Notes: generated by a model from the letters alone, not told the origin. A DNA stretch of 64,000 bases from an uncultured Acidimicrobiaceae bacterium (GCA_963791455.1 CAWBSM010000003.1:575068-639067), one strand, 5' to 3'; positions 8,900 through 18,255 are shown, counted from the stretch's first letter. Program-made: numbers and translations.

Positions 8900-9658
8900 C
8901 TACTTGGGTGCGAAGCGTTGCCCCGCGTCCAGACGGATACAGCAGCCGTTCAGCATTGGGTTCTCGACGATGGCCACGGCGAGCTTGGCGTATTCCTCGG
9001 GGCGTCCCATCCGCTTGGGGAAGGCGGCGTCCTTGGTCAGGACCTCGGCGAACTCATCTGGGATTCCTTTGGTGATACCGGTGCTGAACAGGCTGGGTGC
9101 GATGGCCAGCACCCGGATGCCGAGGCTGCCGAGATCCCGGGCCATCGTAAGGGTCATGCCGGCGATCCCGGCCTTGGCCGCGGTGTAAGCCACCTGTCCG
9201 ATCTGTCCCTCGAAGGCCGCGATGGATGCAGTGTCGATGATGACTCCGCGTTCCCCGTCCTCGGGCTCGTTGGTCGACATGTGGAAGGCCTGCAGCCGGT
9301 TGAGGTTGAACGTGCCGATCAGGTTCAAGTCGATCATGCGGCGGAACTCGTCGATCGGGAGGGGTCCGTCCTTGGACAACGTCCGCTTGGCGGTGCCGCC
9401 GCCGGCGGTGTTGACCGCGATGTGCAGGCCGCCGAGCGCAGCCACGGCGTCGGACAGCGCGGTCTCGACCTGCTGGTCGTGGAGCACGTTGACTTCGTGG
9501 AACGTGCCGCCAAGCTCCTTGGCCACCTCGGCACCCGCCGTGTTCGGTAGGTCGAGGATGGCGATCTCTGCGCCCTTCTGCCGCAGCAGCTCGGCGGTCG
9601 CCTTGGCCATGCCGGAGGCGCCGCCGGCGATCACGGCCTTCTTCCCCTGGATCTCCAC
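8900..9658 (-). CDS. SDR, 3-hydroxyacyl-CoA dehydrogenase type-2-like
   Basis: Track ORF 8900..9796. I prefer GTG 9658 (VEIQGKKAVIAGGASGMAKATAELL...) behind an aaggaa SD. It has YTAAKAGIAGMT (YxxxK), and the 46-codon upstream extension is Arg/Gly-rich. Confidence 0.88.
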   Translation of the reverse strand: MEIQGKKAVIAGGASGMAKATAELLRQKGAEIAILDLPNTAGAEVAKELGGTFHEVNVLHDQQVETALSDAVAALGGLHIAVNTAGGGTAKRTLSKDGPLPIDEFRRMIDLNLIGTFNLNRLQAFHMSTNEPEDGERGVIIDTASIAAFEGQIGQVAYTAAKAGIAGMTLTMARDLGSLGIRVLAIAPSLFSTGITKGIPDEFAEVLTKDAAFPKRMGRPEEYAKLAVAIVENPMLNGCCIRLDAGQRFAPK

Positions 9659-9808
9659 GGCGTGTTCCTTTCTCTGTTCTCTGTCTGTTGCCCTGGTGTC
9701 CGTCGTCGCTTCCGGTGCAGAAGCGTCGACGCCGATGTTGACCCCGCCGATGTGGCACGCGCCAGTTCTGGCGCGGCCCGGTCGGTGAGAGGCCATCGCG
9801 GGCGATAA

Positions 9809-9820
9809 AGAGTATCCTAT
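9809..9820. promoter_or_regulatory. AT-rich palindromic box (AGAGTATCCTAT), instance b
   Basis: The sequence taaAGAGTATCCTATttg lies about 150 nt upstream of the SDR start (minus strand), just after a GGACGG..CCGTCC hairpin that follows the LLM gene. Confidence 0.45.
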
Positions 9821-9876
9821 TTGCGGAGGACGGACCCGGCGACGCCCGTCCGGCGGTCCTTGGGATCCTTCGCGCG

Positions 9877-10821
9877 CTACGAGACCGCCGCCGCTGCTTC
9901 GAGATACGGCCAGGCAAGGTCACGCGGGAGTCCGCCGACGAGGGGCTGCAGGCCCAGCGGGTGGCCCATGCGCACGAGCTCGCCGGCTTCCGCAGGCGTG
10001 ATGATCTGGTAGGCGCCTTTCTCGGCCGCCAGATCGGCGACGGTCGGCGCCCGGGAGATCGAGACCGTGCCTTCCCGGTGGGCGTTCCACTGTGAGTAGC
10101 TGACCGCGTCACGAAGCATGTACTCGCCGATCTCGGCCCAGGCGCGCTCGGGATCGTCGGCCACGAAGACGGTGTTGGGCACTCCGACGGGCGCGAAGAA
10201 GCAACCGGGTGCGGCGTCGCCGCCTCCGGCGCGATACGCGTCCTCCAGTGTGGTGTCGTGCGACTCGGCCATGAACATGAGGCCGAGGCGACCGGCGCGC
10301 CTGGCCGCCGCCTCGGTGCCCCCGCCATAGGCCAGCGGCGGGCCGCCGGGCGTGAAGGGCAGTGGTGTCACTCGGACCGGGCGTCCGTCGAGTTCAAGGT
10401 GGTCGCCCGACCACAGGCGCCGCAGCAGCCCGATGCGGTCCTCGACGAGCTGTCCCCGGCCGCGACGGTCCAGGCCGAACATGGCGAACTCCTCCTCGCG
10501 GTAGCCGATGCCCACGACATAGGAGACCCGGCCGCGGCTGATCAGGTCGACGACAGCAAGATCCTCGGCCAGCTTCACGGGTTCGTACAACGCGAGGAGC
10601 AGTGCGGCGACCGTGATCGGCAGCCGAGTCGTCCTGGCGGCGATGGCGGCCGCCAGCGGAATCGGCGACGGGAGATAGCCGTCGTCCACGCCGTGATGCT
10701 GGCTGAGGACGGCCGCCAGCGCACCGTGGTCCTCCGCCCAGGCACACATGTCGATGGTCGCGGCGTAGAGGTCGGCGCGGGCGACCGGGTCCTCGGCGGC
10801 CGACCGCATGGAGAAGCGCAT
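9877..10821 (-). CDS. LLM-class flavin/F420-dependent oxidoreductase
   Basis: Track ORF 9877..11190. The real part begins MRFSMRSAAEDPVARADLYAATIDMCAWAEDHGALAAVLSQHHG... at ATG 10821 (GTG 10830 is an alternative). The upstream part overlaps the hydrolase gene. Confidence 0.85.
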   Translation of the reverse strand: MRFSMRSAAEDPVARADLYAATIDMCAWAEDHGALAAVLSQHHGVDDGYLPSPIPLAAAIAARTTRLPITVAALLLALYEPVKLAEDLAVVDLISRGRVSYVVGIGYREEEFAMFGLDRRGRGQLVEDRIGLLRRLWSGDHLELDGRPVRVTPLPFTPGGPPLAYGGGTEAAARRAGRLGLMFMAESHDTTLEDAYRAGGGDAAPGCFFAPVGVPNTVFVADDPERAWAEIGEYMLRDAVSYSQWNAHREGTVSISRAPTVADLAAEKGAYQIITPAEAGELVRMGHPLGLQPLVGGLPRDLAWPYLEAAAAVS

Positions 10822-10900
10822 GGTGAACACCGGTGATGCGTAGCACGGGCCTGCCAGTGTCTCAAGCGCGTCACGCGACCGGGTACGGCCGGCCGGTCCG

Positions 10901-11839
10901 TCACCCGGCGAAGGAGCGGATGAGGTCGGCGAGCACGAGCGGCCGGTCACTCTGCACCGCATGACCGGCGTGCTCGACGAGCACCACCTCGAGCGAGGGA
11001 AGGCGTCGCTGCATCTCGGCGGCGTCCTCGTCGCGTACGAAAGGGGAAAGCGCGCCGCGCACGAGGAGCGCCGGCACGGTGATGGCGCTGACGTCCTCCC
11101 ACAGCGGCGTGAAGTCGACCCAGTGCGAGATCGTCCCGCCCGTGGAGGGCCCGAACAAGTCGTAGCGCCACGTCCAGCGGCCGTCGTCAAGCCGCCGTGC
11201 GTTGTGGCGCACGCCCCGGCGGACGCCCGCAGCGGACCGATTCGGGCTCAGCGCGACGGCGGCGTCGGCCATCTCCTCGAAGGTGTCGTAGACGGGTGGG
11301 CCCGCGATCAGCGAGACGGTCCCCCGCTCGGCCGTGCTCAGCTCCCGGGAGGGGTCGTTGACCTGGGGCGTAACATCGACGAAGACGGCCCGGCGACACA
11401 GATCAGGCCTGCGCGCGGCCAGGCGGATGGTCGTGGCTCCCCCGAGCGACATGCCGACGACGCACCGGGCGGTGGGCACCACCGCTTCCATCAACGCGGC
11501 GACCGCCTCGGCGTTCTGCCACGGCCCGTAGTCGCGGTCGGGGCGCCGATCCGAGTGCCCGTGCCCGGGGAGATCCACCGCCACCGCCGGCCGGGCGAGC
11601 GCCAGCAGCAAGGTGTCCCACGTGTGGGCGTTCTGGGCGCCGCCGTGGAGGAAGACGAGCTCCGGCTCGTCCACGCCCCAGCGCAGGTAGGACACGGATT
11701 GGGCGTTGGGCAGCATGAAGGTCTGTCGGGACACGACGGGGGGCCGGTCGAAGGGGACGTCCCATTCGGCCGCGTTCTCGTGGAGGAGCCCGAACTCGTC
11801 GTAATCGTCGGGGCCGATGGTGTCGTGCAGCGACGTCAT
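10901..11839 (-). CDS. alpha/beta hydrolase
   Basis: Has LVFLHGGAQNAHTWD, the GMSLGG elbow and EHAGHAVQSD. A gggagg SD lies upstream. Confidence 0.9.
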   Translation of the reverse strand: MTSLHDTIGPDDYDEFGLLHENAAEWDVPFDRPPVVSRQTFMLPNAQSVSYLRWGVDEPELVFLHGGAQNAHTWDTLLLALARPAVAVDLPGHGHSDRRPDRDYGPWQNAEAVAALMEAVVPTARCVVGMSLGGATTIRLAARRPDLCRRAVFVDVTPQVNDPSRELSTAERGTVSLIAGPPVYDTFEEMADAAVALSPNRSAAGVRRGVRHNARRLDDGRWTWRYDLFGPSTGGTISHWVDFTPLWEDVSAITVPALLVRGALSPFVRDEDAAEMQRRLPSLEVVLVEHAGHAVQSDRPLVLADLIRSFAG

Positions 11840-12031
11840 TCCGCCTCCCAGGACCCTCGGCCTCTTGCCTTTCGATGATCACGGCCGGGCCTCGGACAGC
11901 GCCCGCCGTGCCGACCATGCCGGATCCCCGCGGCACCCATGATCCAAGCCTCGTCCACGTCGTATCCTCCATCCTCGTCACGCGAGTGCGGCCGGAACCC
12001 ATGCTGCCGACGGCTCCGTGCGCAGCACTAA

Positions 12032-12043
12032 AGAGTATCCCTA
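12032..12043. promoter_or_regulatory. AT-rich box (AGAGTATCCCTA), instance c, in a divergent intergenic region
   Basis: The sequence ctaaAGAGTATCCCTAatagag lies between the starts at 11839 (-) and 12094 (+). A weaker half-copy (gtcgTATCCTCC) is at 11959..11970. Confidence 0.4.
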
Positions 12044-12093
12044 ATAGAGCAGAGCGAGTCGGGCCGGTCCTCCGTCCCGTTGGGAGGGTGACG

Positions 12094-13527
12094 ATGGCCA
12101 CGACACGAAGCCTGTCGTTTTCGGAGATGCCGGGTGCGGCGCCGGACATCATGCGGGACTACGACCTCGCCACGCTCGGGTACTCCGAGACCGAGTACTT
12201 GACTGCGGGGACGGCGACCTCGTACGAGTTGCAGGGCGAGCGGGGTGTGGACGGTCGCTGGACGGTGACCCCGGGGGACGAGGCGTCGTTCCGGACGCGG
12301 ATCGTGGTGCGCCGGCCCTCGGACCCGGCGCGGTTCAGCGGCGTCGTCATAGTGGAATGGCACAACGTCTCGGCCGGCATCGACGCCGCTCCGGACTGGG
12401 GCTTCTTCCACCGACAGATCGCGGCGCACGGCCATGGCTGGGTCGGAGTGTCGGCGCAGAAGGTTGGCATCGACGGCGGAGGGTTCGTCGAAGGCATCCA
12501 CCTGAAGCTGTTGGCACCCGAGCGGTACGCCGACCTGGTGCATCCTGGCGATGCGTGGTCGTTCGACATGTTCACCCAGGTCGGCGAGCTGCTGCGCCTG
12601 CCGGCCGACGAGAACCCGCTGGGCAGTGGCCTGGTCGCGGAACATGTGCTCGCGGCGGGCGAGTCCCAGTCGGCCGCGTGCCTGGTGACCTACATCAACG
12701 CGATCGACCCGCACGCGCAGGTGTTCGACGGCTTCTTCGTACACGGCCGGCCGGGGGTGGGCGTCTCCATCGACGGCGTCTTCATCCCCTCGGCGCGAGG
12801 GGAGGGCCTCGAGGCGACCACCCGCCTCATCTCGGCCAGAGGCGAGCGCATCCGCGACGACGTCCGGGTCCCGGTCCTCGTCCTGCAGAGCGAGACGGAC
12901 GTGATCCTTCTCGGGGGCGGGCTCGCCCAGCAGCCCGACTCGCACCACGTGCGCGTCTGGGAAATGGCCGGTGCCGCGCACGCCGACACGTACACGGTGA
13001 GTGCCGGGCGCCACGACGACGGGACGCTGTCGGGGGAGCGCCTGGCCGAGCTCATGCGCCCCACGACGAACCTGATGATCGGGAAGACGAACTCGCCGAT
13101 CAACGCCGGTCCCCAGCAGCACTACGTGGCCCAGGCTGCCGTGGCGCGCTTGGTGCGCTGGGCGTCCGACGCGGTCGCGCCACCGGAGGCGCCTCGGCTC
13201 GTCCTCGACGACACGGGCACCGGCTACCGCCTCGACCACCACGGCAACGCGCTCGGCGGGATCCGCACGCCCTGGGTCGAGGTACCGACCGCGTCCCTGT
13301 CGGGCCTGGGCCAGAGCGGGGAATCCTTCGCTATGCTGTTCGGAAAGACGGAGCCCTTCGACGCGGCCGCGTTGGCCGCGCTCTACCCCGGGGGCAAGGC
13401 AGAGTACCTGGAGCGCTTCGAAGCGTCCCTCGACGCGACGATCGCGTCGGGCTTCCTCCTGGCGGACGACCGTCGGGAGATTCTCGAGGTGGCCTCGGCC
13501 TCCTACCCATTGCAGCTCGCCGACTAG
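12094..13527 (+). CDS. hypothetical protein with alpha/beta-hydrolase-like core
   Basis: Track ORF 11875..13527. ATG 12094 sits behind gggaggg. Sequence: MATTRSLSFSEMPGAAPDIMRDYDL...VIVEWHNVSAGIDAAPDW...AAGESQSAACL (GxSxS elbow)...VLVLQSETD. Confidence 0.85.
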   Translation: MATTRSLSFSEMPGAAPDIMRDYDLATLGYSETEYLTAGTATSYELQGERGVDGRWTVTPGDEASFRTRIVVRRPSDPARFSGVVIVEWHNVSAGIDAAPDWGFFHRQIAAHGHGWVGVSAQKVGIDGGGFVEGIHLKLLAPERYADLVHPGDAWSFDMFTQVGELLRLPADENPLGSGLVAEHVLAAGESQSAACLVTYINAIDPHAQVFDGFFVHGRPGVGVSIDGVFIPSARGEGLEATTRLISARGERIRDDVRVPVLVLQSETDVILLGGGLAQQPDSHHVRVWEMAGAAHADTYTVSAGRHDDGTLSGERLAELMRPTTNLMIGKTNSPINAGPQQHYVAQAAVARLVRWASDAVAPPEAPRLVLDDTGTGYRLDHHGNALGGIRTPWVEVPTASLSGLGQSGESFAMLFGKTEPFDAAALAALYPGGKAEYLERFEASLDATIASGFLLADDRREILEVASASYPLQLAD

Positions 13528-13573
13528 CTCGGTCGTCGACGTTTCACGTCACGGCCGTTCTGCTACTGTGCAA

Positions 13574-13591
13574 AAAAGAGGATCCTCTTTT
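13574..13591. promoter_or_regulatory. perfect 18-bp palindrome AAAAGAGGATCCTCTTTT (best copy of the recurrent box, instance d)
   Basis: Read directly from the sequence, 30 nt upstream of the ABC ATPase start. It is flanked by CGTCAC ... GTGACG inverted repeats. Confidence 0.55.
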
Positions 13592-13620
13592 CGCTGTGAC
13601 GTTTTCCCTGGGGAGGGCGC

Positions 13621-14595
13621 ATGCAACAGGCGGTCGGGGACGCCAGGGTGGGGGCGCCGGAGTCGGATCAGCCGCCGATGTTGATCTGTCAGGGCCTCCG
13701 CAAGCGCTACGGAGACCGGCTGGCCGTCGACGGGGTTTCCTTCTTCATCGCGCCGCGTGAGTGTTACGGCCTCCTCGGCCCCAACGGCGCCGGGAAGACG
13801 ACGACCATCTCCATGCTGTGCGGGCTGACCCTGCCCGACGAGGGCGATGTCAGCGTCGACGGTTGCGCGGGTGGCACGTTGGAGGCCAAGGCCGCCATCG
13901 GCTACGTCCCTCAGGACCTCGCCCTGTACCCCGACCTGTCCGCGATCGAGAACCTCACCTTCTTCGGCCAGCTCTACGGGCTGGCGGGCAAGGAGCTCCA
14001 GGGCCGCATCGGGGAGACGCTCGAGCTGGTCGGTCTGGCGGACCGCGGCAAGGATCGCATCGGCACCTACTCGGGCGGCATGAAGCGACGGGCCAACATG
14101 GCGGCGGGGCTGCTCCACCGGCCGAAGCTGCTCGTGCTCGACGAACCCACCGTCGGTGTCGACCCTCAGAGCCGTAACGCCATCCTCGAGACGGTCGGAC
14201 GGCTCGGGATCGCCGTGCTCTACACGACCCACTACATGGAGGAGGCGGCGAAATTGTGCGACCGCATCGGCATCATCGATGACGGCCACCTCATCGCCGA
14301 GGGCACGGCCGACGCGCTGATCGCCGCCCACGGCGGGCGCGACAAGGTGCACCTGGCCTGTGATGGCGCCTCGCTCGACGAGCTGGCCAGAGCCTGCCGG
14401 GAGATCGAGGAGATCCGCGAGGTGCACGAGGTGGACGGCAACCTCGAGCTGACGACGGACCGCGGCCCCGCGGTCCTCCCCGCGGTGGTCGCCCTGGCCA
14501 CCCGTCACGGCGTGGACCTCACCGCCGTCGAAGTGCGTTCGCCCAACCTCGAAGACGTCTTCTTGGACCTCACCGGAAAAGAGCTCCGGGATTGA
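13621..14595 (+). CDS. ABC transporter ATP-binding protein (ABC-2/DrrA-like)
   Basis: Has [12 protein letters not shown] (Walker A), YSGGMKRR (signature) and [12 protein letters not shown] (Walker B). Confidence 0.92.
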   Translation: MQQAVGDARVGAPESDQPPMLICQGLRKRYGDRLAVDGVSFFIAPRECYGLLGPNGAGKTTTISMLCGLTLPDEGDVSVDGCAGGTLEAKAAIGYVPQDLALYPDLSAIENLTFFGQLYGLAGKELQGRIGETLELVGLADRGKDRIGTYSGGMKRRANMAAGLLHRPKLLVLDEPTVGVDPQSRNAILETVGRLGIAVLYTTHYMEEAAKLCDRIGIIDDGHLIAEGTADALIAAHGGRDKVHLACDGASLDELARACREIEEIREVHEVDGNLELTTDRGPAVLPAVVALATRHGVDLTAVEVRSPNLEDVFLDLTGKELRD

Positions 14596-15716
14596 TCCGC
14601 ATTATTGCGGCGAACGAGCTCCGCCGCCGTCTGCGGGATCGCTCGATCATCATCGGATGCCTGGCGGCCCCGCTCCTCATGTCTGCCGTCCTCGGGCTGT
14701 CGTTCGCCGCCGGCAGCTCGGACGCGACGGTCCGCATCGGCGTCTCGGGCGCTTCCTCCGAGCTCGTGACGGCCGCCGTCAAGGCAAGCCAGCTTCCCCA
14801 CGGCGTCACCGTGATCAGCATGTCCAGCGAGCAGGCCGTGAAGTCACAAGTCGCGTCCGGCGACCTCGATGGTGGCGTGGCCGTGCTGCCGGGACAAATG
14901 CGCCTTTCAACGCTGCTCATTCCCATCGTCGACCCGGGCGCCACCCACACCCCGGGATTCGACGTCGTGACGAGGGGCACCTCGCAGCTCGGCCAAGAGG
15001 ACGCGGAATCCGTCGCCGCGGGGATGTCGAGCGTGCTCTACGCGGACAGGTTGCCCCGTCTCAGCGCGGACCCGACCACGGTCGCCATCACGACGCAGAA
15101 CGTCGGTCACGGCGGCAAGGTGAACCTCAACTTCTTTGCACCAAACATCGCAGTGGTCTTCCTTTTCATCGGGAGCGGACTCGGCATGCGCTCGCTGCTG
15201 ATGGAACGGTCGGCCGGCACGCTGGCGCGTGTCACTGCGGCTCCCCTGCGACCGATCCAGATCGTGATGGGCAAACTTCTCGCCATCTTCGTGACCGGGC
15301 TGGCCACGATCTTCGTGATCTGGGCCGTGACCACCCTGGCCTTCGGCGCCGACTGGGGGGACCCGCTCGGGGTCCTTCTCATGAGCGTAGGAGCGACCGC
15401 CGCCATGTGCGGCATCGGCGTCTTCCTCACGTCGCTGGCCAAGACGGAGCAACAAGCCTTCGGCATCACCTTGCTCGTGGGCCTGGGCCTCGCGCTGTTG
15501 GGCGGCAACCTCCTTCCTTCGGGCTCGCTGCCCAACCTCTTCCAGGTCCTCGCCCTGGGCACGCCGAACGGGTGGGCGCTGGTCGGTTTCGGCCGGCTCG
15601 ACCAGCTACGTGAGCCGGCCTCCAGCGTGATCGGGCCCTTCCTGGTGTTGCTGGTGATCGCGGCGGTGGCGGGCGGACTGGCGATGACCCGTGTCCGCAA
15701 GATGGTCGAACCGTGA
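14592..15716 (+). CDS. ABC-2 type transporter permease
   Basis: 374-aa ORF whose start overlaps the upstream stop (TTGA). It has an N-terminal TM helix, a large extracytoplasmic loop and 5 C-terminal TM segments. Confidence 0.85.
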   Translation: MIRIIAANELRRRLRDRSIIIGCLAAPLLMSAVLGLSFAAGSSDATVRIGVSGASSELVTAAVKASQLPHGVTVISMSSEQAVKSQVASGDLDGGVAVLPGQMRLSTLLIPIVDPGATHTPGFDVVTRGTSQLGQEDAESVAAGMSSVLYADRLPRLSADPTTVAITTQNVGHGGKVNLNFFAPNIAVVFLFIGSGLGMRSLLMERSAGTLARVTAAPLRPIQIVMGKLLAIFVTGLATIFVIWAVTTLAFGADWGDPLGVLLMSVGATAAMCGIGVFLTSLAKTEQQAFGITLLVGLGLALLGGNLLPSGSLPNLFQVLALGTPNGWALVGFGRLDQLREPASSVIGPFLVLLVIAAVAGGLAMTRVRKMVEP

Positions 15717-16756
15717 TCGCGGTCATCTGGGTGAACCTGCGCCGCGCCATGGGCGACCGTCGCCTGCTCATCGTCGGGACGTTGGTGCCCGTCGTCATCA
15801 TCCTCATCACGGGCCTGCTGGAAGGCAGCCCCCGGGAGCCGATCGGGCTGCTGCACCCGTCGCCGCGCCTGCTCCACCTGGCCCAGACGACGGACGGCGT
15901 CAAGGTGCGGGTGGAGGCCAACCGCACCGACCTGACCGACGACATCCTGCGGGGCCGGGTGGTGGCCGGCATCGTCCAGCTCCCGTCGTCGTCCAACGCA
16001 GTGAGGGCCGATTTCCTGATCGAATCGGCGACCACCGACGCGACGCAAGCCCGGACCGACGTGGTCGCCCTCCTTGATCTGATGGCAGCCGAAGGGGGGA
16101 ACACGAAGTTCACCGACGCCACGCTCAAGGCCACCCAGTCCGAAGCGCCCCTCAGCCCCTTCTGGTACGTGGCCCCGGCCAACCTGGTCCTGTTTATGGG
16201 CATCGCCGTGCTGGTGCTCGCGGCCGGCATGGTCGAGACGCGTCGCCTCGGCGTGCTGCAACGTCTGTCGGCGGCACCCGTGCACAAGCGGGCCATCGTG
16301 CTCGGCCAGATGGCGTCCATGATGGTCACCGCCATCACCATGGCGGTGGGGCTCGTCTTCGTGGGTTTCGTTCTCTTCGACGTCCACTGGGGCAATCCGC
16401 TCAGCGTGATGCTCGTCGTCGTCCTGCTCGGGATCAGCGTCGCCGCCCTGGCGGTCATCATCGGGACGTGGTCCCGGTCGCAGGAGCAGGCCATCGCGAC
16501 CGCGGTGATCGTGGCCATCATCGCCGGCATGCTCGGCGGCTGTGTCTATCAGCTCGATACGGTGAGCACGACGGTGAAGAACGTCGGGCACATCGTGCCG
16601 CAGGCGTGGGCCATGGATGCGTTCATCAAGTTGATCTCGGACCACGCCACCTTCACCGACACGCTCCCCCAGATCGGCGCCCTCGCGGTCTTCGCGGTGC
16701 TGCTGAGCCTCTTCGCCATCTGGTACTACTCCCGCAAGGTATTCTCGACCACGTGA
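15713..16756 (+). CDS. ABC-2 type transporter permease (second subunit)
   Basis: 347-aa ORF with a GTGA overlap with the previous gene and the same topology. Confidence 0.85.
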   Translation: MIAVIWVNLRRAMGDRRLLIVGTLVPVVIILITGLLEGSPREPIGLLHPSPRLLHLAQTTDGVKVRVEANRTDLTDDILRGRVVAGIVQLPSSSNAVRADFLIESATTDATQARTDVVALLDLMAAEGGNTKFTDATLKATQSEAPLSPFWYVAPANLVLFMGIAVLVLAAGMVETRRLGVLQRLSAAPVHKRAIVLGQMASMMVTAITMAVGLVFVGFVLFDVHWGNPLSVMLVVVLLGISVAALAVIIGTWSRSQEQAIATAVIVAIIAGMLGGCVYQLDTVSTTVKNVGHIVPQAWAMDAFIKLISDHATFTDTLPQIGALAVFAVLLSLFAIWYYSRKVFSTT

Positions 16757-16780
16757 GCCGCCTGCCGGGGGCCGCGACCG

Positions 16781-17070
16781 GTGATCGACCCGGGACTGGG
16801 TGAGCCGACCGATCTGGCGGATCCGGTCATGTTCACGGATGCTTGGCCGCGCGGCGTGGAGTTGCGACGCCACCCCCGGTCTCGAGGGCCTACTCCAAGC
16901 AGCTCCTCGGGGTGCGGGATCCATGCTCACCCGCTACGAGCACGTCCTGTTGCTCTACAGTCGTCCGCCGCTTCCCCGACATGCGCCTGGCCGTCCCCCG
17001 CGACGAGCTTGTCTACAAGCCGGTGCATGCGCTGCGGGGATTCCGCAACCTGCCGCTCACGTTGCGATAG
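16781..17070 (+). pseudogene. cytochrome P450 remnant (N-terminal ~60 codons with frameshifts fused to the last ~33 codons; heme core deleted)
   Basis: Three frames carry pieces: IDPGLGEPTDLADPVMFTDAWPRGVELRRHP, then PPVSR..., then GAGSMLTRYEHVLLLY, then VVRRFPDMRLAVPRDELVYKPVHALRGFRNLPLTLR*. These match P450 N-terminal (DP..F.D..P...LR..PV...W.lTRyEdV) and C-terminal (RFPd.rLa....l......rG...LPv) patterns. Compare the intact P450 at 39222. Confidence 0.5.
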
Positions 17071-17109
17071 TCCGTCACTCTGTCCTCGGGCGCCGACCGT
17101 TCCTCTCCG

Positions 17110-18228
17110 ATGACTGAAACGGCAACGCAGACCCCGGTCGCCAACTTGCGTACCGAGGACATCATGGAGCAGGCCGCCGAGTCGTCCCGCCAGCTCGCCT
17201 CCCTGGCGGGACGCATCGTTCTGCTCCTCGGCGAGCTCGGCCGACGCGAGGGGTGGCGAGCCGAGGGCGCCACGTCATTGGAAAACTGGATCGTGGAGCG
17301 CTGCGGTGTCTCGGTCCCGACCGCCCGGGCCTGGGCCCATGTGGCCGAGCGGCTCTTCGACCTCCCTCACCTGGCCGCCGGGCTTTGCGAGGGTGAGGTG
17401 ACGTTCGACAAGGTCCGTGCCGTCGTCGACGGTACGACCCCGGAAACGGACCAGGAGATGAAGGAGCGGGCCCGGTCCTGCTCGGTACGCGAACTGGCGC
17501 AACTGGGCCGCTCGGCCAAGGGGGCGCCGGCGATCTCCGGGCAGACCGACTACGAGATGCGCTCGGTGCGCTTCAACGACACCTTCCGTACCGTGACCGC
17601 CCAACTCCCTTCGGAGTCCTACGCCGAAGTACGCGCCTCCCTCGAGGCACGCGCGCGCCGGCTCCCCTCGGATGGCGAGACCCGCTGGGACCAACGCCTC
17701 TGTGACGGTTTTTTGGCGCTGGTCCGAGGAGGAGGCGCGGCCAGGAAGGGGTCGTATGCGGTGGTCGCCCACGTCCCACTCGCTTCGTTGCTCGATGAGG
17801 CCTCGGAGCTGGCGGGCGAGCTCGAGCGCGGCGAGCTGATCAGCGGTGAGACGGTGCGCCGGATCGCTTGCGATGCGACCATCGTCGTTGCCGTGGACGA
17901 CGACGTCGGCCACACGATGTACGAGGGCCGGGCCCGCCGCGACCCCACCGAGGCGCAACGCCGGGAGATCATGCGACGGGACCGGCATTGCCGTTTCCCC
18001 GGCTGTACCAACGTGACCTTCACCAACGTGCACCACATCAAACCGTGGAAACCCGACGGTCGCACGGACCTGCCCAATCTCGTATTGCTCTGCGACCACC
18101 ACCATCGCCGCGTGCACAGCCGGGAATGGACCACGTCGGGCAATGCGGACGAGGAGCTGACGTTCGTTGGTCCGACCGGCCGGGTCATGTCGTCGCGACC
18201 CTCGCCGCTCTGGTCGATTCCGCGCTGA
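17110..18228 (+). CDS. DUF222 + HNH endonuclease protein (REP13E12-like)
   Basis: Has a DUF222-like N-terminal region (...ATSLENWIVERCGVSVPTARAWAHVAERL...) and a C-terminal HNH (RDRHCRFPGCTNVTFTNVHHIKPWKPDGRTDLPNLVLLCDHHHRRVH). Confidence 0.9.
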   Translation: MTETATQTPVANLRTEDIMEQAAESSRQLASLAGRIVLLLGELGRREGWRAEGATSLENWIVERCGVSVPTARAWAHVAERLFDLPHLAAGLCEGEVTFDKVRAVVDGTTPETDQEMKERARSCSVRELAQLGRSAKGAPAISGQTDYEMRSVRFNDTFRTVTAQLPSESYAEVRASLEARARRLPSDGETRWDQRLCDGFLALVRGGGAARKGSYAVVAHVPLASLLDEASELAGELERGELISGETVRRIACDATIVVAVDDDVGHTMYEGRARRDPTEAQRREIMRRDRHCRFPGCTNVTFTNVHHIKPWKPDGRTDLPNLVLLCDHHHRRVHSREWTTSGNADEELTFVGPTGRVMSSRPSPLWSIPR

Positions 18229-18255
18229 GCGTCGTCCGGAACCCCGGCTATGAAA

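Noticed and set aside
9659-9796. Longer N-terminal extension of the HSD10-like SDR (track start 9796)
   Set aside because: The extension is Arg/Gly/Thr-rich and precedes the canonical GKKAVIAGGASG start. A GTG with an aaggaa SD at 9658 fits better.
13574-13591. 18-bp palindrome as a rho-independent terminator of the 12094..13527 gene
   Set aside because: The stem would be A/U-rich with a minimal loop and no downstream U-tract beyond the stem itself. An operator or promoter role is more consistent with the other copies.
15107-16930. 607-aa minus-strand ORF across the two ABC-2 permease genes
   Set aside because: It is antisense to two well-supported membrane protein genes. Its composition is dominated by R/G/D/H/P, and no motifs are present.
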